A stretch of DNA of 64,000 nt from Polyangiaceae bacterium (GTDB lineage: Bacteria > Myxococcota_A > Polyangia > Polyangiales > Polyangiaceae). Shown one piece after another: positions 1 through 11,900 of this stretch. How positions within the stretch are numbered: position 1 is the stretch's first letter; each line of letters opens with the position of its first letter. A program made the translations under genes and the position numbers. Below the pieces are notes generated by a model, which was given only the letters and a program-made list of their open reading frames with translations, was not told where the DNA came from and did not search any database. The stretch spans positions 20,837 to 84,836 of the forward strand of contig JAPSGB010000020.1 in the NCBI GenBank assembly GCA_035063585.1, in the 5' to 3' direction.

Positions 1-1043
1 ACGTCGAGCAGGTTCTCGGCGGCCGGGATCTGGAGCCCGCCTTCCCTGAGGATGTAGATGAGCGGCGCGCTGGTGTTGATGCCCTCGTTCCAGCCCGGGA
101 ACGGATAGCTCACGGTCGACTCGATGATGGCAGGGCGCCCGATGGTGAAGCGGAGCCCCGAGGAGGCCACGATTTGCTCGCCGATCGCCTTGGTGTACGT
201 ATAGGTGTTCGGGAAGCCCCAAAATTTCGCCCGCTCCATGCCCATGTCGGCGAGCTGGCCCTCGATGAAGCGGCGCTTCACCTTCTCGATCTCGGCGTCG
301 AGCACCCTGCCGCGCGCCGGCTCTCCGCGCTCGACGAGGTTGTGCTTCGCCTCGTCCACGAAGCGGCTCTGGCGAAAGGCGTCGCTGCCGCGGCTGCGCG
401 CCTGGTCGACGACGTCGAGGCACTCGGCGATCTCGCGCTCCGGGTCCCAGTGCTCGAGCGCGAGCTCATCCGCGCGCGGGAAGGGAAACTCCCGCGGGTC
501 GCGCTCCTCGATGTGGCCTTGCCGGCTGCCGGCGACGTAGCAGGTGCTGGTGTGGAGGAGCGGGACGTCCCCGAGGTCCTTGGCGAGCGCGACCAGGTTC
601 CGGACGCCAAAGGCGTTCACCTCGAGCGCCTCGTCGAGCGGCGGATCGAACTCGACGACCCCGGAGGCGTTCACGACCGCGGCGACCTCGCCGCGGAGCT
701 CGTCGCGCAGCGCGGCGTCGAGCCCGCAGAACGGCTGCACCACGTCGCCCGCGACCGGGACCACCTTCTCGCGCAGGAAGTCCTCGTAGCCCTCGCCGTG
801 CTCCTCACGGAGCGCGCGCATCACGTCGTTCGGAGCGACGTCCGCCCAGAACCGCGCCTCGGCGGTGCGCCCGCCCTTCGGCCGCACCACGAGGTAGAGC
901 CGGCCGACCTCCGGATAGCGCGACAAGAGGAACGCCCAGAACACCTTGCCGAGGAAGCCCGTCCCGCCGACGATGACGAGCTTCTTGCCGCGGAGCTGCG
1001 CGGAGATATCGAGGCTCGGGCGGTCGTTCGTGCTGTTTTCCAT
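1..1043 (-). CDS. Fatty acyl-CoA reductase (NAD_binding_4 / male-sterility type) domain protein; 5' part only, runs off the window edge
   Basis: Not in the ORF track because it has no stop in the window. Manual translation from ATG 1043 gives MENSTNDRPSLDISAQLRGKKLVIVGGTGFLGKVF (Rossmann GxTGFLG), ASGVVEFDPPLDEALEVN, HTSTCYVAG and GFPNTYTYTKAIGEQ (YxxxK), typical of extended-SDR FARs. Confidence 0.85.
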   Translation of the reverse strand, partial: MENSTNDRPSLDISAQLRGKKLVIVGGTGFLGKVFWAFLLSRYPEVGRLYLVVRPKGGRTAEARFWADVAPNDVMRALREEHGEGYEDFLREKVVPVAGDVVQPFCGLDAALRDELRGEVAAVVNASGVVEFDPPLDEALEVNAFGVRNLVALAKDLGDVPLLHTSTCYVAGSRQGHIEERDPREFPFPRADELALEHWDPEREIAECLDVVDQARSRGSDAFRQSRFVDEAKHNLVERGEPARGRVLDAEIEKVKRRFIEGQLADMGMERAKFWGFPNTYTYTKAIGEQIVASSGLRFTIGRPAIIESTVSYPFPGWNEGINTSAPLIYILREGGLQIPAAENLLD

Positions 1044-1226
1044 CGCCTTCAACGCATCGCGTCAATACGAAAGTGACGCTCGTGCCGACTCGGTCCCGCA
1101 AGTCGGTCGAGGAGTCAAGTCGCGAGAAGGATAAGGTGCGAGAGCCGTTCCGCTAGCGAGGGAGGGTCGGTGCGGCGCGGAAGCTCGCGGGCCGGTCGCT
1201 CTCGCCCGGCGCGGGGGAGCCCGAGC

Positions 1227-2813
<1,587 letters not shown>

Positions 2814-2939
2814 GACGAGCACCCGTCGCGCGGACGCCGGGCGGCGTCAAGCGCGCGGCGAAAGCCCGGCGGGCCCCTGAAGTGCGCTGACGGGCGGCTC
2901 GACCGCGCGCGCTGCGACCACGCGGCTCGCGGCCGCAGC

Positions 2940-2962
2940 GCGCGGTTCCGCGCCGGGCCGGC
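2940..2962 (+). repeat. Dispersed intergenic REP-like palindrome, copy
   Basis: gcgcgg-tt-ccgcgc-cgggccggc, in the gap between the LarA-like gene and the methyltransferase. Confidence 0.6.
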
Positions 2963-3008
2963 ATCAGTAAATCCTTCACTTTACTTTCGTGGCGAGCGCG
3001 GCGATTCG

Positions 3009-4079
3009 TCAGGATGACGCAGGCCCGCTCGCGCGGCCGGGCTCGAGGCGCCCGCGGAGCGCGAGCGGCTCCGGCGTCACGAGGTAGAGGTACTCCTTGT
3101 TCCTGAGGTGGCTCACCCGGCCGACCTTCTCGCCCTGCGGCGAGTAGATGCCGATCTGAGCGCCGACGTAGCGCTTGTACTCATGCTCGAGCACGGTGAC
3201 GTGTCCGCGCGCGCCGAGGAGTCGCTCCATCTCGTCGCGGGCGATGTAGCCCTCGTCGTTGAAGGACACGATGAGGTAACGCGCGCGCGCCGCGCGGATG
3301 ATCTCGCCGAGCGCATCGCGGATCTTGCGCCGGCGATTGAACGCGCTGTCCCGGCTCCGTACGTCGAGGCGCTTGCAGGCCGTGCCATAGACCTCCGGCT
3401 TGTCCCAGAGCACGAGGCTCTCCCACACGTGATAGTTCCCGAGGTACTTGTGCTGGTTATACGGGGGGTCGAGGTAATAGAGGTCGGCCTCGAGCTGCTT
3501 CGACGCCTCGCCGGCGTCGAGCTGGGTCGCGCGACCCTTACCGTGACGAGCGCGCGGCAAGAGCGCGGGCACGCGGAGCTCGAGCTCTTTATGGGCGCGC
3601 GGCGCCCAGCGTTTGAGGTACGCCATCTGGACGCCGGTCGTGCTATCGACCCGATCCGCGGCCTCCATGAGGGAGACGAGGAGCACCGCCTCGAGCTCGG
3701 GCGGCAGCGCCTTACGCGCGATTTCCTCTCGGATCGCGTCGATCCGCGCACCGTTCTTCGGCTGGAAGAACCGGCTTCGCACGCAGAACGTCTCGGTGAA
3801 GTAGCCCGGGCGCCCGGGGAGCGTGGAGAGCTCGCGGATGAGCCGCTCGGCGTCCGACCGGACGTCCTCGGCGTCGGCCTCGACGTAGGCGCGCGCGAGG
3901 GTCGCGGCGTACGCGTTGTGGTCGTTGGCGAGCACCTGGTAGCCCTCGGCCTTGAGCGCGTGGCCGACCCGCGACGTCCCGGAGAAGAGATCGACGACCG
4001 AGCTCACCCGCGGGAGCTCCCGAATCGCGCTCACGATCCGCGGGACGAGCAGCCGCTTCGAGCCGAGGTACTTGATCAC
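3009..4079 (-). CDS. DNA adenine methyltransferase (D12/FokI-like class), orphan
   Basis: N-terminal YLGSK, SAM-binding DLFSGT and catalytic YLDPPY. GTG start. Confidence 0.88.
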   Translation of the reverse strand: MIKYLGSKRLLVPRIVSAIRELPRVSSVVDLFSGTSRVGHALKAEGYQVLANDHNAYAATLARAYVEADAEDVRSDAERLIRELSTLPGRPGYFTETFCVRSRFFQPKNGARIDAIREEIARKALPPELEAVLLVSLMEAADRVDSTTGVQMAYLKRWAPRAHKELELRVPALLPRARHGKGRATQLDAGEASKQLEADLYYLDPPYNQHKYLGNYHVWESLVLWDKPEVYGTACKRLDVRSRDSAFNRRRKIRDALGEIIRAARARYLIVSFNDEGYIARDEMERLLGARGHVTVLEHEYKRYVGAQIGIYSPQGEKVGRVSHLRNKEYLYLVTPEPLALRGRLEPGRASGPASS

Positions 4080-4139
4080 GCCGCGCCTCGCCGGGCATGC
4101 CGAGCGGCGAGAGACGGCCGAGACACGCTCGCCCGACTA

Positions 4140-6023
4140 TCACGCGGGGCGCGCGGCGGCCACGGCGACCGACGAACGCACCGGAGGGAAGGTCAAGGTC
4201 ACGCGGTACGCGCCCGAGCCGTCGTGCTCGGTGTGCACCTCGAGACCGCTCCGGTGGAACACGCCGAGCATGGCGGCGTTCGTCGCGAGCACGTCCGCGG
4301 TGAACCCGAACAGGCCGCGCGCACGCCCGATCTCGGCCATGCGCCGCATGAGCAGCGTGCCGATCCCGCGTCCCTGGAGCTCGTCGCGGACCACGAAGGC
4401 GATATCGGCGTAGTCGGTCGCGGGATCGACGTCGTAGCGTGACATCGCGAGGATCTCGTCCGGGTGGTCCGCGCGGGTCACGACCAGCGCCATGTTCCGC
4501 TCGTAGTCGAGCTCCACGAGCTCCATCATCTCTTCGTGCGGGTGAGTCTTCTTGTAGTGCATGAAGCGCGAGTAGGTGCTCTCGTCGCTCAGCCGATAGA
4601 ACATGTCCTGCAACGTCTCGGTGTCGCTCATTCGCGCGGGGCGCACCAGCACCTGCTCGCCGCTCGCGAGCTCGACGCGGCGCTCCTCGGCCCACGGGTA
4701 GACCGCGCGCGGCGCCACTTGCTCGGGGAACACGTACTTTCGCTGCTTGGCCGCGGCGAGCAGCTCCGCGCGGTGGTCGGGGTGCGCGATGTCGATGAGC
4801 GCCATCACGCGCTGGCGGATGTTCTTTCCCCAGAGATCCGCGACCCCGTACTCGGTGACGACGTAGTGGACGTCGCCGCGGCTGGTGACGATACCGGCGC
4901 CCTCCTCGAAGGCCGGGCGGATGCGGCTCAGCTTGCCGTCCTTGGCGGTCGACGGGAGCGCGATGATGGGCCGGCCGCCGCGGCTCCGCGCGGCGCCGCG
5001 GATGAAGTCGACCTGTCCGCCGATCCCGCTGAAGAAGCGACCCATCAAGGTGTCGGCGGCGACCTGCCCGGTGAGATCGACGGCGAGCGCGGAGTTGATG
5101 GCGATCATCGCGTCGTTTCGCGCGACCACGAACGGGTCATTGGTAAACTCGCTGGGGCGCATCTCGACCGCGGGGTTGTCATGGACCCACTCGTAGAGCC
5201 GCCGGGTGCCCATCACGAAGCTCGTGACCAGCTTGCCGGCGAGGAGCGTCTTCTGCTTGCCGGTGATCACCCCGCCCTCGACCAAGTCGATGACGCTGTC
5301 CGAGAGCATCTCGGTGTGGACGCCGAGGTCGTGGTGACCGCCGAGCGCCTCGAGCACCGCGTGCGGGATGCGACCGATGCCGGTCTGCAGGGTCGCGCCG
5401 TCCGGCACCAGGCTCGCGACGTTCCGGCCAATCTGGCGGCAGGTGTCGTCGAGCTCGCCCACCGCGAGCTCGGCGAGCGGCGTGTCGACCGGGACGAGAT
5501 AGTCGAGCTCGCTCACGTGGAGCATCGAGTCTCCGAGCGTGCGGGGCATGCGCGGGTTCACCTCGGCGATCAGGAGCTCGGCGCTGTCCACCGCCGCCCG
5601 CACGATATCGACCGACACGCCGAGGCTCACGTAGCCATGCGCGTCCGGCTCGCTCACCTGGATGAGCGCGACGTCGACCCGCAGGCGGCGCGAGCGGATG
5701 AGCCCGGGGATCTCGGAGAGGAACACCGGCATGAAGTCCGCGCGGCCCTCGGCGACCGCGGCGCGCACGTTCGCGCCGATGAAGAGCGCGGTGTGACGGA
5801 AGCGCCGCTCCATCCCCGGCTCGACGTAGGGCGCCTTGCCGAGCGTGAGCAGGTGGACGATCTCGTTGTCCGCGAGGTGTTCGCCGTGCCTCACGAGCCC
5901 ATCGACGAGCTCCCCGGGCTCGGCCGCTCCCGAGCCGATGAGGATGCGCCGCCCCCGCGGGATGGCCGAGACGGCCTGGGCTACCGTCGCCACGCGATCG
6001 CCGAAGCGCTCCTGCCAGCTCAT
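4140..6023 (-). CDS. Acetyl-CoA hydrolase / 4-hydroxybutyrate CoA-transferase family protein fused to a C-terminal GNAT acetyltransferase
   Basis: LQTGIG, HTEM, INSALAVDLTGQV, SGIGGQVDFIRGA and VVTEYG (CoA-transferase). C-terminal QGRGIGTLL...NAAMLGVF (GNAT motif A). Confidence 0.9.
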   Translation of the reverse strand: MSWQERFGDRVATVAQAVSAIPRGRRILIGSGAAEPGELVDGLVRHGEHLADNEIVHLLTLGKAPYVEPGMERRFRHTALFIGANVRAAVAEGRADFMPVFLSEIPGLIRSRRLRVDVALIQVSEPDAHGYVSLGVSVDIVRAAVDSAELLIAEVNPRMPRTLGDSMLHVSELDYLVPVDTPLAELAVGELDDTCRQIGRNVASLVPDGATLQTGIGRIPHAVLEALGGHHDLGVHTEMLSDSVIDLVEGGVITGKQKTLLAGKLVTSFVMGTRRLYEWVHDNPAVEMRPSEFTNDPFVVARNDAMIAINSALAVDLTGQVAADTLMGRFFSGIGGQVDFIRGAARSRGGRPIIALPSTAKDGKLSRIRPAFEEGAGIVTSRGDVHYVVTEYGVADLWGKNIRQRVMALIDIAHPDHRAELLAAAKQRKYVFPEQVAPRAVYPWAEERRVELASGEQVLVRPARMSDTETLQDMFYRLSDESTYSRFMHYKKTHPHEEMMELVELDYERNMALVVTRADHPDEILAMSRYDVDPATDYADIAFVVRDELQGRGIGTLLMRRMAEIGRARGLFGFTADVLATNAAMLGVFHRSGLEVHTEHDGSGAYRVTLTFPPVRSSVAVAAARPA

Positions 6024-6529
6024 CGCGTCGCCTCGATGAGGCGGAGCAGCCGCCCGAGCGCGGCCTCGTCGTCCGTCCCGCCGAGGGCCACCTCGGGCGC
6101 CGCCGGGCGCTCGTAGACGAGATCCGCGCCGGGCAACCCTCGCTCCCGTCCGGCTGCGACCGCGCGGTAGAGCCCCTTGGCGTCACGGCGCGCGGCGACC
6201 TCGCGTGGCACGTCGATGAACACCTCCACGAAGGCCGGCGCGACCGCGCGCGCGCGGCGGCGATACTCGGCGCGGTGCGAGGTCGCGGCCACCAGCACCA
6301 CCAGCGAGGAGCGCGCCGCGAGCGCGGCGAGGTTACCGAGCGTCGCGTAGAAGTCGTCCCGCGAGGCCTCGTCGTAGCCCGGCCGAGGCACGAGCGCCGC
6401 GCGCACTTCGTCACCGTCGAAGAGACAGCACGGAACGCCGCGCTGCGCGAGCCGCTCGGCGAGCGCGCGCGCCAGGGTCGATTTCCCGGACGACGGGAGC
6501 CCGGTGATCCACACCACCACGCCGCTCAT
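6020..6529 (-). CDS. Adenylyl-sulfate kinase (CysC)-like P-loop kinase
   Basis: WITGLPSSGKST, DGDEVR, RDAKGLY and YERP. Overlaps both neighbours by 4 bp. Confidence 0.8.
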   Translation of the reverse strand: MSGVVVWITGLPSSGKSTLARALAERLAQRGVPCCLFDGDEVRAALVPRPGYDEASRDDFYATLGNLAALAARSSLVVLVAATSHRAEYRRRARAVAPAFVEVFIDVPREVAARRDAKGLYRAVAAGRERGLPGADLVYERPAAPEVALGGTDDEAALGRLLRLIEATR

Positions 6530-7629
6530 CGGAACACCTCGTCGGCGAAGGCGGGGTCGAAGCGGGGTGCGGAGAGGGTGCGCTCGATGAGCGTGAGCAC
6601 GCGGTCGCGCGCGTCCGCGCTGACCGCCGGATACCAGGCGGGGTTGGCCACCACCAGCCCGCGCCAGGCGAGGAACGGCGCCGCCACATCGAGCAGGCGC
6701 CGATCACGGCTCTCGTCGAGATAGCTCTGCCAGAACCTCTGCCACAGCCCGCGAAAGGCCGTGCGCCAGGCGTGCGGCGCCGCCACCGCGAAGAAGACGT
6801 AGTTGATCGCCATGCAGGTCACGTCATCGGCTGGGTCGCCCGCGCAGCCGCGCGCGGCGTCGAGCACGGCGAGCCCTTCGCGCTCGTCGAAGACCACGTT
6901 GAACGGGTGGAAATCACCGTGCATGACCGACAGGCGCGCGGTCTCGTCCTGCAGGCGCCAGCGCCACTCGAGGCACGCCTGCTCGATGGCCCGGAGACGC
7001 GAGCGCGGCGCAGCCGGGACGTCGTCGGGGTAGCCGTCCACGATCCCGAAGATCCCCTCCCCGCTGCCCAGGAGGTCGCGCAGCGCGCGGACGTAGCGCG
7101 GCGGCGAGTCGAGCTTGTCGCGGTGGAGCTCGACCAGGTAGCGCGCGAGCTCGGAGGCGTGCGCGAGATCGAGCGCTTGGGCCTCACCGGTGCGCGCGAC
7201 ACGACGGAGCTCCTCGGCGTAGACGTGCCCCTCGGCCCACCCGGTCACCATGTAGAACTCGCCCGCGTCACGCAGCGAGACGAGCCCCTCGCCGTCGCGG
7301 GTCACCGCCCCGACGTCGAGCGCGGGGACGTGGCGAGCGATGCCGCCGAAGGTGTCATACGCGAGCAGCATCTCGGTCGCGCGATCCGCGCGGCGGTCAT
7401 GCCCGAACCAGTCGGGGCTCGCGGTGTGGAAGACGAGACACCGGCGCCGTCCGCCGGGCTCCTCCGCCACGAGCTTCAGCGGGACCCCATAGCCGGCGCC
7501 CTTGGTGGTCGCGGCCTCGTCGTTGGTGTCCGGGTGGAGCGGCTCGACCTCGACCAGCCGCGCGCCCGGCACGGCCCGACGAACCAGCTCGACCAGCGCG
7601 GCGGGGTGTTCTTCGCGTGCTTCGGCCAT
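6526..7629 (-). CDS. Aminoglycoside phosphotransferase (APH)-like small-molecule kinase
   Basis: Brenner motif HGDFHPFN, LDAARG, GDPADD and Gly-loop-like KGAGYG. Start uncertain (ATG 7629 chosen). Confidence 0.8.
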   Translation of the reverse strand: MAEAREEHPAALVELVRRAVPGARLVEVEPLHPDTNDEAATTKGAGYGVPLKLVAEEPGGRRRCLVFHTASPDWFGHDRRADRATEMLLAYDTFGGIARHVPALDVGAVTRDGEGLVSLRDAGEFYMVTGWAEGHVYAEELRRVARTGEAQALDLAHASELARYLVELHRDKLDSPPRYVRALRDLLGSGEGIFGIVDGYPDDVPAAPRSRLRAIEQACLEWRWRLQDETARLSVMHGDFHPFNVVFDEREGLAVLDAARGCAGDPADDVTCMAINYVFFAVAAPHAWRTAFRGLWQRFWQSYLDESRDRRLLDVAAPFLAWRGLVVANPAWYPAVSADARDRVLTLIERTLSAPRFDPAFADEVFR

Positions 7630-7714
7630 GCGGGCGCTCCGGCCGTGCAGATGCATGACCCGCGCCAAGCCCCGGCTCACCGGGTTTGCACGCGTCTTGC
7701 ACTACGCGGACGCC

Positions 7715-8113
7715 ATGAGCCAGCGCGCCATCCTCATCGACGACTACATGACCGAGAGCCCCTTCACCATCGGGCGCGAGCAGACGCTCGCCACCGCGAA
7801 ACAGCTGATGAGGCAGCACCGGACGCGACACCTCCCGGTGCTCCACGGCGGGCGACTGGTGGGGCTCTTGTCGCAGCGGGACGTTCACCTGGTCGAGGCG
7901 CTCCCCGACGTGGATCCCGAGAAGATCACCGTCGAAGAGGCCATGACGGAGGAGCCTTACGCGGTCGCGCCGGGCACCCCGCTCGCGGAGGTTGCCAGGG
8001 TGATGGCCGAGCACAAGTACGGCGCGGCGGTGGTCATGCGCGGCAACGAGGTGATCGGCGTCTTTACGACCGTCGACGCGCTCCGCGCGCTCTCCGACGC
8101 GCTCTCTCGCTGA
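7715..8113 (+). CDS. CBS domain pair protein
   Basis: DYMTESPFTI, RHLPVLHGGRLVGLLSQRD, EAMTEEPYAV and VIGVFTTVDAL. Start ATG 7715. Confidence 0.85.
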   Translation: MSQRAILIDDYMTESPFTIGREQTLATAKQLMRQHRTRHLPVLHGGRLVGLLSQRDVHLVEALPDVDPEKITVEEAMTEEPYAVAPGTPLAEVARVMAEHKYGAAVVMRGNEVIGVFTTVDALRALSDALSR

Positions 8114-8323
8114 GCTCATCGCGCCGCATTTGCGCCTCACTCGCAGGACGCGCAGTTTATGCGCGGCTGCTGCATGGGTTGCGCGCCGTTTTCGAGGCAG
8201 AGTGCAAGCGGGTCAGGGCGAGCCGCGTTGCTCCCGTCGGAGCGCGCGCGCTGGCGCTCGAAAATTCGCGGTCACGAATCGCGAGCACGAGGCCACATGG
8301 GGACGGACGAGAAGGAGCGAGGC

Positions 8324-8911
8324 ATGTCACGAGCGAGCGCGGTGTCACTCGAGAGCGCCGAGGCCGGGAGGGCCGAGCCGGCCGAGCAGGCCATCCTCGA
8401 CGCGATCGGCGCGCGCGACTTCCGCCTCGCGCTCACCCTCTGCGCGCGCGAGCACGGGCGAGCGGTCGGGCGACTATGCATGGCGCTGGTCGGCTCGCAA
8501 GCCGAAGCGGACGACCTCGCGCAAGAGACCCTGCTCGACGCTCACGACGGGTTCGCGAGCTACCGCGCCGACGGGTCCCTGCGCTCCTGGCTCTACGCGA
8601 TCGCGCGGCGGAAGTGCGCGCGCCACCTCGAGCGACGCAGCCGCCAAGGCAGTCGCCTGAGGCTCATCCACGACGCCGAGCGCCAGCCGAGCACCGAGGA
8701 GCTGGTGCAAGCGAGGCAGCGCGCGGAGCGGGCGCGCGCGGTGCTCGCGCGCATCCGCCCGAGCGAGCGCGAGGCGGTGGTGCTGCGTTTTGCCGGCGAG
8801 CTCTCGTATCGCGAGCTCGCCCTGGCCTGCGGGATCGACGAGGCCGCGGCGCGCAAGCGCGTGTCGCGCGCGCTCGCGAAGCTGAGAGCCGGCGTCGGAG
8901 ACGAGGAGTGA
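8324..8911 (+). CDS. ECF RNA polymerase sigma factor
   Basis: Region 2 ADDLAQETL...SWLYAIARRK; region 4 REAVVLR...SYRELA...RKRVSRALAKLR. AAGGAG precedes ATG 8324. Confidence 0.88.
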   Translation: MSRASAVSLESAEAGRAEPAEQAILDAIGARDFRLALTLCAREHGRAVGRLCMALVGSQAEADDLAQETLLDAHDGFASYRADGSLRSWLYAIARRKCARHLERRSRQGSRLRLIHDAERQPSTEELVQARQRAERARAVLARIRPSEREAVVLRFAGELSYRELALACGIDEAAARKRVSRALAKLRAGVGDEE

Positions 8912-8915
8912 GCCC

Positions 8916-11900
8916 ATGACGGACACGATGAACGACAAGTGCGCGGAGCTCGAGGAACGTATGACGGAGCTCCTCGACGGCTCGGCGCCCGAGGCGCTCT
9001 ATGACCACCTGAGCGAGTGCGACCGGTGCCGTGACGCGCGCCACGAGGCCGAGCAGGCCGCCGCGCTGATCACCGAGTCGGGGGCCGACCATCGCCTGCC
9101 CGCCGATTTCGAGGCTCGCATACTCGACGCGCTCGACGCGCGCGGAGACGCGTCGGCCGCCTCCGGCCGCGCGGCAGGCCATGAGCCGAGCTCGGCGGCG
9201 GAGGGCGGCGCCGCCCCGAGCGCCCCCGCGACCGAGCGCTCGCCCGCGAGGCCGACGAGCGGCGAGCCCGCGCAGGACGAGCCCCCGCGCGCCGAGCCGA
9301 CGCGGGCCGACGCGCGCGCCGACGAGACGCCCGACGAACCGGCGGCGGGCTCGCGCCGGACCGACCACCCACCTCCCGCACGCGCGCCCTCCGCGCCCTC
9401 GCGGATGAGGAGGGTTTGGCTGGGCGTCGCGGCCACGGGGCTGGCGGCCGCCGCGGCGGTCGCGCTCATCTCACGACACGCTCCCTCGCCCAAGGACGAT
9501 CACGAGGCGAGCGCGTGGCGCGGCACGGTCGAGTCGGTCGCGACCGCGAGCGGCGCCCCGGGCGGGCTCGAGCTCTGCGACGCGCGCGGCGATCACTGCG
9601 CGCCGCTCGGCGTGGGCGGCGCGGTGCCGGCGGGCAAGCTCGTGAAGACCGACTCACACACGCGCGCGATCCTCACGCTCGACGACGACACGCGCCTCAC
9701 CCTGGACCGCGCGACCCGCCTCGCGCTCGACACCGAGACCGGGCGAAACGCGCGGCTCGAGGCGGGCGCGTTGGTGGCTGACGTCACGCACATCGAGGGT
9801 CAGACCGCGCGGGTCACCTTCCCGAGCGGCTTCGTGCGCGTGCTCGGCACCAAATTCGCGCTCACCCTCGACGACGGCGCCGCGTCGGTGGACGTGAGCC
9901 GCGGCGTCGTCGAGCTCGGCGACCAGCAGGGGCGCAAGGTCGAGGTGCGGGCGGGCGAGGAGGGGCGGCTCATCGCCGGCGCGGCGCCCTGGGCGGAGAA
10001 CGCGCCCGGGCTCGGCGAGGCGCTCGCGTGGAGCGAGCCCATCCAGCCAAAGACCGACGAGCCCATCGAGGTGCGCGGCCTCGGACAGCTGGTGGCGAAG
10101 AAGCCGGGGCAGACGGCCGAGCTCGACGGCGCGGTGGTGCTCGCCTCGCACTCGGTGAAGGTGCGGATCGCGGGCAGCGTGGCGCGCACCGAGGTCGACG
10201 AGACCTTCACCAACACGACCGGCGACGTGCTCGAGGGGATTTACCGCTTCCCGCTGCCGCCCGACGCGAAGATCGAGCGGCTGGCGCTCGAGGTCGACGG
10301 CAAGCTCGAGGAGGGTGCCTTCGTCGATCGTGATCGGGGCGCAGCCATCATGCGCGGCGCGCTGGTGCAGGCGACGCCGCAGCTTCGACGCCAGATGCGC
10401 GACGAGATCGTGTGGGTGCCCGGGCCGTGGCGCGACCCGGCGCTGCTCGAGTGGCAGCGGGGCGGTCGCTTCGAGCTCACCATCTACCCGATCCCGAAGC
10501 GCGGCTCGCGGCGGGTGGTGCTCGCGTACACGCAGGTCGTGCCGCAGTCGGCCGGGGTGCGCCGCTACGTCTACCCGCTCGCCTACGATCCGGGCGGGTC
10601 GACCACGGTCGATCGCTTCGACGTCGACGTCGAGGTGCGCGGCCAGGATCCGTCCTTCGGGGTCCGCTCCCGCGGCTACGCCTTGAACCAGGACCGGCAG
10701 GGCGACACCGAGAGCTTGAAGCTCTCCGAGCGGAACTTCGCGCCGAGCGGCGATCTGGTGCTCGAGTACGCGTTGCCCGACCGCACGAGCGAGCTCACCG
10801 CGTGGGCGTATCAGCCGGAGCCCGCGAGCGACGACACGACGCGCAGCGCGACCCGGCCGGCGAGCGCGAAGCATGAGTTCCTCGGCGACGACGCCTACGT
10901 GGCGCTCGCGCTCCGGCCCAAGCTGCCGCGCGCGACCGACGACGCGCGGCGCGCCTTCGCGGTCGTGGTCGACGCGAGCCGCTCGATGTACGGCGAGCGC
11001 TTCAAGCGCGCCGCCTCGCTCGCGGCCCGCGTGCTCGGGGAGCTCGATCCGAGCGATCAGGTCACGCTGCTCGCTTGCGACGTGAGCTGCCAGGCGCTAC
11101 CCGGCGGGCTCCGCGCGCCGGGGCCGCGCGCGATGGCCGAGGCGGAGCGGTTCCTCGAGGGGATCTCGCCGGAGGGCGCCTCGGATCTGGCCGGCGCGAT
11201 CAAGAGCGCGCGCGCCGCGATGGGCTCGACGAGCGGGCGCGCCACCCGCATCGTGTACATCGGCGACGGCACCCCGACGGTCGGGCCGATCCGCGCTTCC
11301 TACCTCACCCGCGCGGTCGAGGACGCGGTCCCGGCCGGCAAGGGGGCCGTGACGGCGGTGGCGATCGGCGCGGACGCCGATCTCGACTCGCTCGAGGCCG
11401 TGGCGCGCGGCGGCGGCGGCGTGGTGCTGCCGTACGTGCCCGGGCAGAGCGTCGCCGAGGCGGCCTACGCGGTCCTCGGCGCGACCTACGGCGCGGCGCT
11501 CCGCGACGTCACGGTCGAGCTGCCCGCGGGGCTCACCCGGGTAGCGCCCTCCGCGGTCGACACCATCCCCGCGGGCGGCGAGCGCTTCGTGGTCGCGCGG
11601 ATGAGCGGCGCGTCGGTGGAGGGGACGGTAGTGGTGCGCGGCAAGGTCGCCGATCAGCCGTTCGAGCAGCGCTACCCGCTCTCGCTCACCGCGAGCCGCG
11701 CCCAGGGCAACGCGTTCGTACCGCGCGTCTATGCCGCGGTGAGGATCGCAGAGCTCGAGACGCGCGGCGGTGACGACGCCAAGAAGGAGGCGATCGCGCT
11801 CTCGAGCGCGCTCAGCGTGCAGAGCCGTTACACCTCGCTCTTGGTGCTCGAGAGCCAGGCCATGTTCCGTGCCTTCGGGCTCGACAACACCCGCTCCGCG

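Noticed and set aside
6020..6529. Assigning the gene symbol cysC / a sulfate assimilation role
   Set aside because: No sulfur assimilation genes are nearby and the operon context points elsewhere; kept as CysC-like.
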